Shown: positions 10,371 to 20,203 of the stretch, piece after piece
Layout of the letters: the number at the start of each line of letters is the position of its first letter
Position numbering within the stretch: the stretch's first letter is position 1
Virus record (IMG/VR): IMGVR_UViG_3300036944_000990
Span: 42,807 to 106,806 of that record
Source: a virus
Reading direction: 5' to 3' (one strand)
DNA: 64,000 bases
The notes under the pieces: model-generated
The model's input: the letters and a program-made list of their open reading frames with translations, nothing else
What the model was told of the DNA's origin: nothing
Databases searched by the model: none
Program-made: the position numbers and the translations under genes

Positions 10371-10441
10371 CAAAAAAAAAACAGGAGGGGAAACCCTCCT
10401 GTTATGCCGCATAATAAGTCAGGGAGCCGAAGCCCCCTGAC
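10371..10441. terminator. Convergent double terminator
   Basis: ACAGGAGGG-GAAA-CCCTCCTGT and GTCAGGG...CCCTGAC hairpins separated by TTATGCCGCATAA, between convergent genes. Confidence 0.75.
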
Positions 10442-10450
10442 CTACCATAC

Positions 10451-12727
10451 TTACAGAGCAGTTACACGACGTACCAGCATCGAACCTGGAACCAGCCAGC
10501 CACGATGGACTTCCAGTACGTTACCCACACTGTCCACGAAGTAGTGGTGTTTAACCCGCTTCTTCTGATCGCCGTGGTGACGACCAAAGGAGGCACGAAT
10601 GGCACCCAAGAGGGCTTCATCCATTTCCTTCGTGATTTGCAGTGCTTCATCGTCGCGGAACTCCGGACCGAACACACCCGGCAGGTGCACCACTACATTC
10701 TTCTCAACCAGCGACAGCACTGACTGATACTGACGACGCTGCTCTTTTGGAGTTTTGTCGATCAGCTCATACAGGTATGCCGACTGGTCATCACCGGTCA
10801 GTACTTCCAGAGCCGGCAATGCGATTGCGCTGTAGCGCTCCTTGTTCAGGGTGTGCCACATGGTGTGGTAACCATCCGAACGAATGGCGTCGCCCAAGGC
10901 ATCCATATCGTAGATGAAGTCATCAATGTTCAGCCCTTTGCCATAGCCCAGGTTATAGGCCAGTGCATCATTGACAGCTTCGGTCAGGATGGAGTTCAGT
11001 TTGGACTTCAGCAGCATGTCCATGTCGGCATCACGCAGCATTGCAGACAGCTCTACCAACGTTTCACACTGACGCAGCTCAGAGAGCTTAGCCAGATGCG
11101 GCTTGGACAGGAACAGCGGTGTCACCTTACGGAAGCTGTACTCCACTGGCATGTCTTCTGGCACATCGTGACAGATCATTTCCTTGTGGTAGTTCAGTTC
11201 GGCCTCTTCGAAGGTATGGCACGCCTTCTTGAGATCGAGGAGGAGGATATCCACCGGGGTGGGTTCCTGACCTTCTTCCAGTTTGGATTGAGCTTCTTCG
11301 TGCTCTTTGAGTTTCTCGACCGGCAGGGGTTCATGCGTCAACGCAGACCACGGTACCTCAGCGACCTTGACGTCCTCAGGCAGACGGTAATCAAGGCTCT
11401 TACGGATTTCGTGGTTCATGTATTGCATGCTAGACCTCAGATCGTCTTCGATTTCGACCAGTTTCTCACGGATAAACATCGACCCGTCAGGATTGATCTT
11501 ACGGATGTGGAACTTCATGAAGCGCTCAGGATCGCAGAACAATCCATAAGGCTGCGCCGGATCGTAGCTGACCTTCCAGCCACTGGAGTAAGCGGGACGT
11601 ACTTCTTCACCCGATTCCAGTACCAGTTGATCCCACAGACGATTGGGGTCCGAGGCAATGAAGCCCATCTTGTTGACGAACTGGAGACCCGACAGATCCA
11701 GAGGATGGAACTCACCCGGATTTTCCAGCGACTCGATTACCGTCATCTGCTTCGGTTTGCCGGTAGGCTGTTCCTGAACAGGTGCTTGGGTTTGAGCCGG
11801 CGGGTTGTAGGACCCTTGTTGAGTTTGCGGGACAGCACCCGACCCATAACGCTGCGAAGTTTCAGAACCCCATTCTTCCATGATCGCATCTACTCCCTGT
11901 AGTTTGGTCACTTCGACTTGCTGTTCTTCTTGAGAACTCTGGACTGCCGGGGTGTACGAGTTGCGCTCGTTGCTCCGACTAACCACAGCATCAGCGGTGT
12001 TGTTGTGCTGATTCTGTTGGCCCGCCCAGCTGGGCTGCTGCATTTGATTGCCCCACCCTTGCTGCGGTTGACCCCAACCAGACTGTTGGGTCTGTTGTGG
12101 CCAGTTCTGCTGCATCGGTTGTTGTTGGGTTTGGGCGGCTGCCCACTGACCACGCGGTTGCTGGAACTGCATGGAGTTCTGTCCCCACCCTTGTTGCATC
12201 GGTTGTTGCATACCACCCCAACCACCCTGCATCTGCTGACGCATTTGGCCGATGCGCTGGGAGATTTGCTGATAGGTCGCAAGCAACGCTTGGATTTCTT
12301 GCTGCTGCTGAGGCGGCATGCCGTTCATCAGTGCAGGAAACTTCTGCGTGTAGATCGCAGCCAAACAGCTAGCCACTTGGTTGGCAGCTTGGACGATAGC
12401 CGCTTCGGGGTTGTTGCCTACTTGGCCGGAGCTAAGGAGAACAAACGCAAAGTCCGACACCGCCATGAAAGCGCTTTCGAACTCTGGGTTGACCCAGCGG
12501 TTCTGCGACAGCATGTTCGCAGTGAAGCAGCGCAGCGGGTTGCGGCCCGCGTTATCTTGAACCACCTTGATCAGATACCCAGCCACCATCGGGTTGAACT
12601 GTTGCATTTGGGGCAGGGAATTGAAGTTGAAGGAGACCGGGATGTTCGGAGCACTCGGGTAGAAGTTCTCCTGCATCGGACGGTCGATAGGTACAGGAAG
12701 CGAACCGTACATGGGTTGTTGGTACAT
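10451..12727 (-). CDS. Conserved-block hypothetical protein with Q/G/W-rich low-complexity region
   Basis: 758-aa ORF between the RNAP subunit gene and the portal, with a QQGWGQ-type repeat segment. Confidence 0.7.
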   Translation of the reverse strand: MYQQPMYGSLPVPIDRPMQENFYPSAPNIPVSFNFNSLPQMQQFNPMVAGYLIKVVQDNAGRNPLRCFTANMLSQNRWVNPEFESAFMAVSDFAFVLLSSGQVGNNPEAAIVQAANQVASCLAAIYTQKFPALMNGMPPQQQQEIQALLATYQQISQRIGQMRQQMQGGWGGMQQPMQQGWGQNSMQFQQPRGQWAAAQTQQQPMQQNWPQQTQQSGWGQPQQGWGNQMQQPSWAGQQNQHNNTADAVVSRSNERNSYTPAVQSSQEEQQVEVTKLQGVDAIMEEWGSETSQRYGSGAVPQTQQGSYNPPAQTQAPVQEQPTGKPKQMTVIESLENPGEFHPLDLSGLQFVNKMGFIASDPNRLWDQLVLESGEEVRPAYSSGWKVSYDPAQPYGLFCDPERFMKFHIRKINPDGSMFIREKLVEIEDDLRSSMQYMNHEIRKSLDYRLPEDVKVAEVPWSALTHEPLPVEKLKEHEEAQSKLEEGQEPTPVDILLLDLKKACHTFEEAELNYHKEMICHDVPEDMPVEYSFRKVTPLFLSKPHLAKLSELRQCETLVELSAMLRDADMDMLLKSKLNSILTEAVNDALAYNLGYGKGLNIDDFIYDMDALGDAIRSDGYHTMWHTLNKERYSAIALPALEVLTGDDQSAYLYELIDKTPKEQRRQYQSVLSLVEKNVVVHLPGVFGPEFRDDEALQITKEMDEALLGAIRASFGRHHGDQKKRVKHHYFVDSVGNVLEVHRGWLVPGSMLVRRVTAL

Positions 12728-12791
12728 AACAGTTATCCTTAAGCGCTAGGCTTATCAGTTTAGTGCGAGAAAGGGGTTGACCCTAAGGCCG

Positions 12792-14459
12792 TTAGTGCGT
12801 GTGTTGAATCTTTTTCTGTACGCTGTTTAGCAGTTTGACAAACCGCTGGTTACGCTTGACGCGACGCCCTTCTTCCAGTTGCAGGTACGGGTTGGTCCGT
12901 GTGCGACCGTCAGGGCTGGTCTTGGGTAGGTTGTTGTAACTTCCTACCTCAGCGATAGATGCGTGCAGATACTTCGATGGATCGGTCAGGGTCGTCTTCT
13001 TGTTTCCACGACCACCGCCAGTGGCACTGGTTTGCGGTACCAGGATCGAGGTGATCTTGAAGTACATGTTGTCGCCGGGACTTGAGATCCCCGCCACTTC
13101 ACCGTGACCACGGTTCATCTTAGCAATTTCCTCTTGACCAATCTTGGTCTTGAGAGCGCCAATGATCTCCTCTTTAACCTTGGCTTTCTTGATGATTTTC
13201 TGGAGGGTGAACTTAAAGTGAGAGATGGCCTTATTGATATCGAACAGTGCATAACGCAGAACCATCAGTTCCTTGTCATACATCGTTGACTCAACGTTAT
13301 CCGGTCGAATGACCATCTCAGCCAACATTTCGATCGCGCTGTTGAACAACATGTAGATGTCATCCGCCACCACACCAACGCTGGCCAGATCCATACGAGA
13401 GCGTTCGTCCATGTACTCATCCAACGATTCAATGTGAGTATCCACATCGTCAGAGAGCTTAGCTTCACTTTGACCTGACCCGAAGATCAAGTATCCCATC
13501 AGGACTCGCCACAAGCGCGTGTTGTCCACGAACTCAGGTTCAATCCGGTCAGGGAAATGGTCCACTACATAGAAGAAGGATGCGATCAGTGCCTGCAGAC
13601 CAATGCTGAGGTAATCCTTGCGCACTGCCAGCCGTAGGTTACTTGGGAAGTACACCCGTTTACCATTGGCACCTGGAGCAACCTTCAGTGTTCTGGGTAG
13701 ATCCTTAACACTCTCGCAGATCAACCACTCTGAACGATCCATTCGCTCGTAGTTGATGGTGTCAGGATATCCCACTCGAACATCACAACCCGGCACCAGT
13801 TTTTGGAACGCTTCAGTAACACCGTACTTGCAGAACAAGTAATGACCCAGCGTATGCTTGGCCTTCACAAAGTACTGCCCCTGTCGTTTTGCGCTGTCTT
13901 GGTTATAGATCGTCGACCAAGCAACGTTTGCTTCCACGCAGTACAGCGCATCCGCAGGCTCAGACTCCATCGACCCGACTTCGTTGTACTTATAGTCCAA
14001 CCGTTCGAACGTCAACTTTGCCACTTGCACTGGGATGAAGATGCTGTCAGAACCATAGCTGATTGCTCGGTCAGCCAATACAGGACTGATCGAAAAAGTA
14101 CTGCCCCGAATGGAGATCAACCCGGCTTGACGCACATACGGCAAGTATATGTAACGGTCTGGCAGGTCTTCCCCGTCATAGCGAAACTTATACTTCATCA
14201 TGAAGAAGTCAGAACGAGCGATGTCGATCGTGTACCGGTTGTTGCGTTTGCGGGTGATCTCTTGGTATTCCTCTTGGGGCGTGCAGCGCGAGCACCCAAC
14301 GTATTTCAACTTCTCAGGGAAGCTCTTTGAAATACTGCGAAAGAGAGAGTCAACATAGAGTTCCACTCCTTTCATTTGTTCGACGGCCAACCCATTCATG
14401 ATACTTGAGTTGAACTTGGGTGTTGCGTCAGCAACCAAGCTAAAGAGATTCATATCCAC
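12792..14459 (-). CDS. Non-virion RNA polymerase beta-like subunit (phiKZ gp123-like)
   Basis: 555 aa; IYLPYVRQAGLISIRGSTFSISPVLAD and C-terminal LHASIAEVGS...PDGRTRTNPY; synteny with the MCP/DnaB block. Confidence 0.7.
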   Translation of the reverse strand: MDMNLFSLVADATPKFNSSIMNGLAVEQMKGVELYVDSLFRSISKSFPEKLKYVGCSRCTPQEEYQEITRKRNNRYTIDIARSDFFMMKYKFRYDGEDLPDRYIYLPYVRQAGLISIRGSTFSISPVLADRAISYGSDSIFIPVQVAKLTFERLDYKYNEVGSMESEPADALYCVEANVAWSTIYNQDSAKRQGQYFVKAKHTLGHYLFCKYGVTEAFQKLVPGCDVRVGYPDTINYERMDRSEWLICESVKDLPRTLKVAPGANGKRVYFPSNLRLAVRKDYLSIGLQALIASFFYVVDHFPDRIEPEFVDNTRLWRVLMGYLIFGSGQSEAKLSDDVDTHIESLDEYMDERSRMDLASVGVVADDIYMLFNSAIEMLAEMVIRPDNVESTMYDKELMVLRYALFDINKAISHFKFTLQKIIKKAKVKEEIIGALKTKIGQEEIAKMNRGHGEVAGISSPGDNMYFKITSILVPQTSATGGGRGNKKTTLTDPSKYLHASIAEVGSYNNLPKTSPDGRTRTNPYLQLEEGRRVKRNQRFVKLLNSVQKKIQHTH

Positions 14460-14479
14460 GTTAGTTTAACCCTGCTGTG

Positions 14480-15658
14480 TTAGCGTAACGCAAGGAATAA
14501 AGCAGCACCAGCACCAATTAACCCAGGAACCCACTTGAAGAACTCAGAGCTGTCTTTACGACTGTAACTGCGTTCCTCGTAATGGTCTTTACGATGAAGT
14601 GACTCCATGGAGCGTTGGTGCTCCAAAGTAGCCACCTCCTCCTTCAGTCGCATCAAGCGAATTGACTGTTCAGATTCTTGGCGCTTCCACTCATTCTCGC
14701 GAGTTCTGCGGGCCTCCTCTTCCTGGAGACGCTCCAGTTCGAAAGCTCGCTTCTGTTCATCAAAGGCTCTATCGTGATTAAGCTTAGCGGCGTTGAACTC
14801 AGCAAGGTCACGCTTAAGTTGGAGTGCACGCTCTTCCAACTCACGACGTTGTTCCTCACTGATGTCACCCAATATCCGAGCTTCCTCAATGGTCTTGAAG
14901 AACCCCAAATACTGCTCAGCTTCCTCGAACGTATAGAGCATAGCGATTGGTGGTGGCACAACACCATTGTCCCCAATCGGTGCAGTTTTGGCGTGGTATA
15001 CTCCACTTAGCCGACTGCGGTCCACAATAGGACTGATCTCGTAAATTTCCTTATTAATGTTGATATACCGTTTACCGTAGATCCCCTCGTTGTCTACGAT
15101 CTGAATGGCGTAACCAAATGAGCCTACTGTGTTGATTGTTTCCTCTCGTCCTACAAGGTAGTTTCGAATACCGTCGAGGTTGTGAGGATGACGCGGGACA
15201 TAGTGCCCCTGCATCGTGGAGACCACGATGTCAAGGTTTGTGAGATAAAGGGAGCCACCTCCTGCTTTGAGCTGTTCTTTGGTCACAGCGTAGGTTATAG
15301 AAGTTGCCATCTTACCGAAGGCACCCTCTTTTACAGAGCCGTGACGTATGGCATCACGCAATGCTCGTGATGTTTCACACTTCGCATTAGATAGACGCTC
15401 AATGTCAATTTTTACACTTCTGTTGTAGGTGAAAGTGAATCTCACCAAGAAGGTATTGGGATACTCGATACGCATGGGTGCGATGGTAATCGGAAGGCCC
15501 GACCGACTCACCAGCGTAACTGGTTCGGACAGGCCGTTGTAAAACTCCTTTTCCATTTTGCAGGGAGTAGTCTCCCCTGAGTTGGGATTGAAGGGTTGGT
15601 CTAAGATGTTTGCCAGGGCATTAATAGCTTCTGGATGATGAATGTACTGGTGCGTCAT
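14480..15658 (-). CDS. Conserved phiKZ-like hypothetical protein (coiled coil, C-terminal hydrophobic tail)
   Basis: 392-aa ORF with a charged coiled coil and terminal WVPGLIGAGAALFLALR; sits upstream of the RNAP subunit gene. Confidence 0.6.
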   Translation of the reverse strand: MTHQYIHHPEAINALANILDQPFNPNSGETTPCKMEKEFYNGLSEPVTLVSRSGLPITIAPMRIEYPNTFLVRFTFTYNRSVKIDIERLSNAKCETSRALRDAIRHGSVKEGAFGKMATSITYAVTKEQLKAGGGSLYLTNLDIVVSTMQGHYVPRHPHNLDGIRNYLVGREETINTVGSFGYAIQIVDNEGIYGKRYININKEIYEISPIVDRSRLSGVYHAKTAPIGDNGVVPPPIAMLYTFEEAEQYLGFFKTIEEARILGDISEEQRRELEERALQLKRDLAEFNAAKLNHDRAFDEQKRAFELERLQEEEARRTRENEWKRQESEQSIRLMRLKEEVATLEHQRSMESLHRKDHYEERSYSRKDSSEFFKWVPGLIGAGAALFLALR

Positions 15659-15694
15659 TGTGCGTAGCCTTTTCTACTGACCACATTCATCTTG

Positions 15695-15720
15695 ATAATA
15701 TATACCTGTTTTTACTTTCA
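15695..15720 (-). promoter_or_regulatory. phiKZ-type early-like promoter (TATATTAT variant)
   Basis: Minus strand AAAGTAAAAACAGGTATATATTAT, 37 nt upstream of the 15658 start. Confidence 0.5.
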
Positions 15721-15725
15721 ATCCC

Positions 15726-15762
15726 AAAAAAAAAAATAAGGGACTAGGTCCCTTATTTTTTA
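15726..15762. terminator. Bidirectional terminator
   Basis: AAAAAATAAGGGAC-TAG-GTCCCTTATTTTTT perfect inverted repeat. Confidence 0.75.
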
Positions 15763-15768
15763 TGCTGG

Positions 15769-16125
15769 CTACTCAGCCCCGTTAACCGGCTCGTAGCGTA
15801 CTGCAAGATCTTCGAAGAAAGCATTGTCATCTTCGAGTGCTTGTAGCGAGGTCACGCGAGTCATCCGGCGCCGGACGTTAGCGGTGATCAGGAAGAAGTC
15901 CGAACGCCCAGCGCCCGAGACCTGAAAGCCTGCATCACGAATCTCGGTGATCATGCCACTGACGGTGGAGTCTTCGATGCGACTACGGCCGGTAATGGCC
16001 GTCAGTTCACCACGCGTGAATTGAACTTCAACATCATCCAGGCAACCGAACTTCAGGTTCAGTTCCAGACGGTTTTGCAGCAGGGTGATGATGTGTTTGC
16101 CCAGATCTTTATTACTCAGTTTCAT
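15769..16125 (-). CDS. Hypothetical protein (early cassette)
   Basis: 118-aa ORF with RBS; last gene before the terminator. Confidence 0.6.
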   Translation of the reverse strand: MKLSNKDLGKHIITLLQNRLELNLKFGCLDDVEVQFTRGELTAITGRSRIEDSTVSGMITEIRDAGFQVSGAGRSDFFLITANVRRRMTRVTSLQALEDDNAFFEDLAVRYEPVNGAE

Positions 16126-16178
16126 TAGAGGTTCTCTCTGTACAGTTTAAGGTTAAGGATTCTCGACGCTCTTCTTTC

Positions 16179-16391
16179 TTACCGAGCCAGCTGCAAGGTA
16201 CTATTGCGTAGCATTTGAATCTGATTGAGCTTCATCTGTAAGGTTTGAAGCTCCTGATTCAGTTGAGGGACTTTACTTAAATCGAAAGTCTCTGCATGCT
16301 CTTTGAGTTTCTCTCTGAACTCCAACATCAACGCGTATTCGATCTGAGCAAAGCTATCGGCCGCTTGTGTTACAGTGGTTGCTACTGACAT
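16179..16391 (-). CDS. Hypothetical small coiled-coil protein (early cassette)
   Basis: 70-aa helical ORF collinear with its neighbours. Confidence 0.55.
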   Translation of the reverse strand: MSVATTVTQAADSFAQIEYALMLEFREKLKEHAETFDLSKVPQLNQELQTLQMKLNQIQMLRNSTLQLAR

Positions 16392-16411
16392 GAGTCTATC
16401 CCCATTAAAGT

Positions 16412-16690
16412 TTAAACGGATTTGGCCACCAGAACAAATTGACGTTCTTTGACCATCTCTTCTACGGTGTCTTCATCGAACATTGCGTTCGACGTATTAC
16501 GCTTCCAACTGAATTGAGTTTTGACGAGGGTGTCAAAGTACTTGTGGCCATCGGCTTCAAAAACACCGCAGACCATCCAAATATCAGCACCGGTAGCAGC
16601 ACGGGCCAGATACAACTCTTGTGGCATCTCGTCATCAACACCAACACGAGCGACTTGTTGGAAGACGTACATTGCTTTAATCAGATCCAT
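16412..16690 (-). CDS. Hypothetical protein (early cassette)
   Basis: AAGGAG RBS before MDLIKAMY. Confidence 0.6.
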   Translation of the reverse strand: MDLIKAMYVFQQVARVGVDDEMPQELYLARAATGADIWMVCGVFEADGHKYFDTLVKTQFSWKRNTSNAMFDEDTVEEMVKERQFVLVAKSV

Positions 16691-16758
16691 TTTCGTTCTC
16701 CTTAGAACTAGATAAGACTGGGAAGACCTTTTGTCTCCCCAGGGTAACAAACGATGGG

Positions 16759-17043
16759 TTACCGGTACACGTGACAGAGTTCTTGAAACAACTCTTCACT
16801 AATACCGAACTCCGCGTTCAGAAAGATCAACCCTTGGTAGGATTGAACTCGTCCGAACAACACCCCTGCATCGTAACCCAACGACTTGCGGGATTTGAGT
16901 CGATCCACTTCCTTGTAGGTCTCCTCAGGAGTAATGGGCTTATTCGCCGCACTCCAGCCTCGGAAGAACTCCCCGTGTTTCATGGCCAACGATTCGTTGG
17001 GACACAGGCTACGGTTGAAGTGGGTATTGTAAACTGGTACCAT
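16759..17043 (-). CDS. Hypothetical protein (early cassette)
   Basis: AAGGAG RBS; first gene after the TATATTAC promoter. Confidence 0.6.
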   Translation of the reverse strand: MVPVYNTHFNRSLCPNESLAMKHGEFFRGWSAANKPITPEETYKEVDRLKSRKSLGYDAGVLFGRVQSYQGLIFLNAEFGISEELFQELCHVYR

Positions 17044-17102
17044 AATAGATTCTCCTTAGAATCTTGGGGATGAATACAGTTATTTGTATTCTATTCCCTT
17101 GA

Positions 17103-17130
17103 GTAATATAGATCTGAAATTTTTTTAACT
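17103..17130 (-). promoter_or_regulatory. phiKZ-type early promoter (TATATTAC)
   Basis: Minus strand AAAAAAATTTCAGATC-TATATTAC; same layout as the site at 62231. Confidence 0.75.
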
Positions 17131-17140
17131 AGAAAATAGA

Positions 17141-17186
17141 CGGCATAAAAAGAAAGGAGCCCTCGGGAGGCCGAAGCCCCCCGAGG
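17141..17186 (-). terminator. Major capsid gene terminator
   Basis: CCTCGGG...CCCGAGG hairpin followed by CTTTCTTTTTATGCCG. Confidence 0.7.
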
Positions 17187-17262
17187 ATTCCAGTGTCCCC
17201 ACTTAAGGACCCGACTTCAACAACCCGAAGATTGTTAAAGCTTTTCAGCCAGCTGCAATAAC

Positions 17263-19452
17263 TTACGGAGTTACGGCAACGACGGTCTGACGGTTCTTCA
17301 GTACCTTGTCCAGGTTCTTGACCTTGATGCGAGCAGCGACCGGAACGTTGTTCACGTGCAGGTTACGCGGCTGAACCATGGCCTCTGGGTAGGTACCGCC
17401 ATCACGAGCAACCATCATGCTGGAAGCCAGTTCCGGAATCCACGCGTGAACGCCCCACTGCAGCGGGTCACCGGCTTCACACTGGCCGTCACGGGTCAGA
17501 GCGATGACGATGGTGTCGTCCATACGGGAGTCGAAGGTCGACTCGATCTGGTAGCTGGCGAACGCGATACCGAAGGTACGGCTGTCGCCGGTAACCATCA
17601 GGTGACGCTGCAGCAGTACGTCGGTACCGATCAGCAGCTTCGGCTGGTTGGAACCGTTGCTCGAGGCATTCAGCGCAGGCTGGAAGCCGGAAGCGCGGTA
17701 CATGCGGTAGGACACGTCACGAATGGCGTTGACCAGCAGAGCGTTGACGTCGGCCGCGCGGTCGATATCACGGATCGAGCTGATCTCTTGTTCCATGTCG
17801 ATTTCGATGTCTTCGAAGAACGGGCTGACCAGGAAGCCACCCACACCTTCCACCGACGGCAGGCAACCTTTACGCTGAACGCCACCAACGTACTCTTTCA
17901 GAGTGCTGATGTAGTTGAGCAGGCGGGTCACGGCGTTGTTGGTGTTACGAACGCGAACGGCGTCGATCAGGCTTTCCAGGTCACGCGCATCGCGGTTGGA
18001 ACCGGCCGGGCTCGGAGCAGAGATCGGCGCACCCAGCGGGATGGTGTAACGGAAGACTTGATCGTTGTGGTCGAGCAGCAGACCACGGGTACGACGGTTG
18101 CTGTTGGTACGGGCAGCTTTCAGCTCGTAGCCGAGAACCTGCGAAGAAGCAGTCAGGGCTTGAGCGATGGTGCGGCCAGCGCCGGAGGCCAGGCTGATTT
18201 CGTTACCGTCTTCGTCGACGATCGAAGCCACGTTCACCTTGGAGGCGAACAGTTCAGCGTTACCCAGCTGCACGTTGACGGTACCGGTCACGTTGACCGA
18301 CAGACGAACGGTGTAGTTGGCATCACGAACAGCTTGCAGAACAGCCGGAGCAACGCCAGCAACGTCGGTGGTGTTCTTGTCCAGGACCAGGTCCTGAGTA
18401 CGGAACGCCAGCGCCATTTCACGGCCGTCGCCTTCAACCGACTTCACGAAACCGGCACGAGCCAGACGCAGAGTGTTGAAACGAACGATGGTCGGAGCTA
18501 CGTTGTTGGAAGCGTCGCCTTCGTCGAGTTGCACGTACAGCTTCTCGAGGCTGATGGCAGCGTCGATGGCATCGGTGTGATCGATGAAACCAGCGCCCAG
18601 CAGGCCCGGATGGCTGGACAGACCCAGCAGGTCAACCTGCTGACCGATCAGCAGAGGAGCGGTAACGACGTCGACATTGCCGATACGGCGAGTGGTCGGT
18701 GCGACCAGAGCTTCCGGAACGAACTTGTCGGCGTTGCTGCCGTTGGTCAGAACAGTCGGGATCAGCGCGGTGCTTTCGTCGGCCAGGATGGTGGCGTCGA
18801 TAGCGGCGTGAACCAGGTTCTTACGCTGCCAGTCGCTGCGGTTACCGCTGGACTGGTGCTGGATGGCGTTGTGCACGAGGGTGCGGCGCAGGTGGACTTC
18901 GTAGCCGCCCTGGTCGGGGCTGACGACGGTAGTCGGGTAGAACATTTCGGAGAAGCTGTCCTGACGGGACGCTTTCACGTTGAAGGCGATCGAGTACGGG
19001 ATGAACTTGGCCAGTTCACGCTCGTCGAACGCTTCGAGGGACGGAGTTTCGCGGACGTCGACCGAACCGGCGGCACCGGAGGTAGCAACTTCCAGACGCT
19101 CACCACCTTCAGCAGGAGCGGAGCGCAGAGCGATGTCGGCGTACTCGGCAGGTGCGCCAGCGGCCATGGCAGCGATGGCACCAGCTTCCAGTTGCGCGTC
19201 GGTCAGCTCTTCGCCAGCTTCGTCGCCTTCCATGGAAACCGACAGAGCGTTCTTGATTTCGCCTTTCAGCATGTCGGCAGTGCGGGTCAGTTCGCCCAGG
19301 GAGGCCGCGTCCAGCGATTCCATGCTGATCACTTGTTGGGTGATCTGACGGGAGCTGAGGTCGGTACCTTGCGAGTCGATGGTGCTGCGCAGAGCGCCTA
19401 CAGCAGTGGCCAGAGCGGAACCCTGTCCGGATTTCGAATTGATACGAGACAT
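17263..19452 (-). CDS. Major capsid protein (phiKZ gp120-like)
   Basis: 729 aa; propeptide with S-x-E sites ending PSLEAF; YSIAFN..ASRQDSFSEMFYPT; RTNSNRRTRG; strong C-ending codon bias. Confidence 0.9.
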   Translation of the reverse strand: MSRINSKSGQGSALATAVGALRSTIDSQGTDLSSRQITQQVISMESLDAASLGELTRTADMLKGEIKNALSVSMEGDEAGEELTDAQLEAGAIAAMAAGAPAEYADIALRSAPAEGGERLEVATSGAAGSVDVRETPSLEAFDERELAKFIPYSIAFNVKASRQDSFSEMFYPTTVVSPDQGGYEVHLRRTLVHNAIQHQSSGNRSDWQRKNLVHAAIDATILADESTALIPTVLTNGSNADKFVPEALVAPTTRRIGNVDVVTAPLLIGQQVDLLGLSSHPGLLGAGFIDHTDAIDAAISLEKLYVQLDEGDASNNVAPTIVRFNTLRLARAGFVKSVEGDGREMALAFRTQDLVLDKNTTDVAGVAPAVLQAVRDANYTVRLSVNVTGTVNVQLGNAELFASKVNVASIVDEDGNEISLASGAGRTIAQALTASSQVLGYELKAARTNSNRRTRGLLLDHNDQVFRYTIPLGAPISAPSPAGSNRDARDLESLIDAVRVRNTNNAVTRLLNYISTLKEYVGGVQRKGCLPSVEGVGGFLVSPFFEDIEIDMEQEISSIRDIDRAADVNALLVNAIRDVSYRMYRASGFQPALNASSNGSNQPKLLIGTDVLLQRHLMVTGDSRTFGIAFASYQIESTFDSRMDDTIVIALTRDGQCEAGDPLQWGVHAWIPELASSMMVARDGGTYPEAMVQPRNLHVNNVPVAARIKVKNLDKVLKNRQTVVAVTP

Positions 19453-19624
19453 GTGTTGAGTCCTTACCTTATTTCAGATACAGTGGGGAGTACGGCAGAA
19501 GTCGCCTCATAGTGTAGGTACATCTACAGGAAACAATTTAATCTGCTATACCATTTGCAAAAAATCCACTTCCTTGCAGAAAGCAGAAACTTGTTGGCTT
19601 GGCGTTAAACTCCATAGAATAGAG

Positions 19625-20182
19625 TTAGGCGACCAATCCTTTCAAATAGTTGATAAACACCGGCTTGTCAGCCAACTCTGGCAACTTATGCTTCAGCAGG
19701 TGTTGACCAAACAACCGCTCCTTAAACAGGCGCTCGGCTTGTCGCACTACTTCGTTGGGCGTACCCACCTCGTGCTGACCCAGCGTGACGACGATGTACT
19801 CGTCATCCAGCACAGTGCAGCTATAACATAGTGGCGCACCCTCCACGAAATTGCGGCCGATCAGATGCTCCAACGGATTGAACTGTTGGGTCTGAGCAGG
19901 GTTGTTAACCTCAGTGGCAGGATTGAGCTTCATTTCCAGATAGCTCATATACGAACTGACTCGTGCATCCTGAAGGGCCAGAGCCTGTTCAGTGATCTCG
20001 TAACAGCCCGTATAGACGGCACCAGAGACGTGTAGCGGCCACGCATTAACCATGGCGTAAACCGATACATCTTCAGCTGATGTTATAGACAGAACTTTTT
20101 TAACGTCGGTGACAGCAGACAACGGAAGCCCATGGGCTGCCAGGGTTTGCTCCAGCCACCGAGGAACAATGATCAACTTCAT
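19625..20182 (-). CDS. Conserved hypothetical/virion protein upstream of the major capsid gene
   Basis: 185-aa ORF at the syntenic position between DnaB and the major capsid gene. Confidence 0.6.
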   Translation of the reverse strand: MKLIIVPRWLEQTLAAHGLPLSAVTDVKKVLSITSAEDVSVYAMVNAWPLHVSGAVYTGCYEITEQALALQDARVSSYMSYLEMKLNPATEVNNPAQTQQFNPLEHLIGRNFVEGAPLCYSCTVLDDEYIVVTLGQHEVGTPNEVVRQAERLFKERLFGQHLLKHKLPELADKPVFINYLKGLVA

Positions 20183-20203
20183 GTTTTACTCCTAGGAAAG
20201 ACA

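Noticed and set aside
17356-19512. 718-aa plus-strand ORF (also 29614..31236, 20192..21598, 62365..63630, 51808..52716, 10853..11902 and 48057..49106)
   Set aside because: Each lies antisense to a clearly real, codon-biased gene; such bias removes stops from the opposite strand. No RBS or recognisable motifs.
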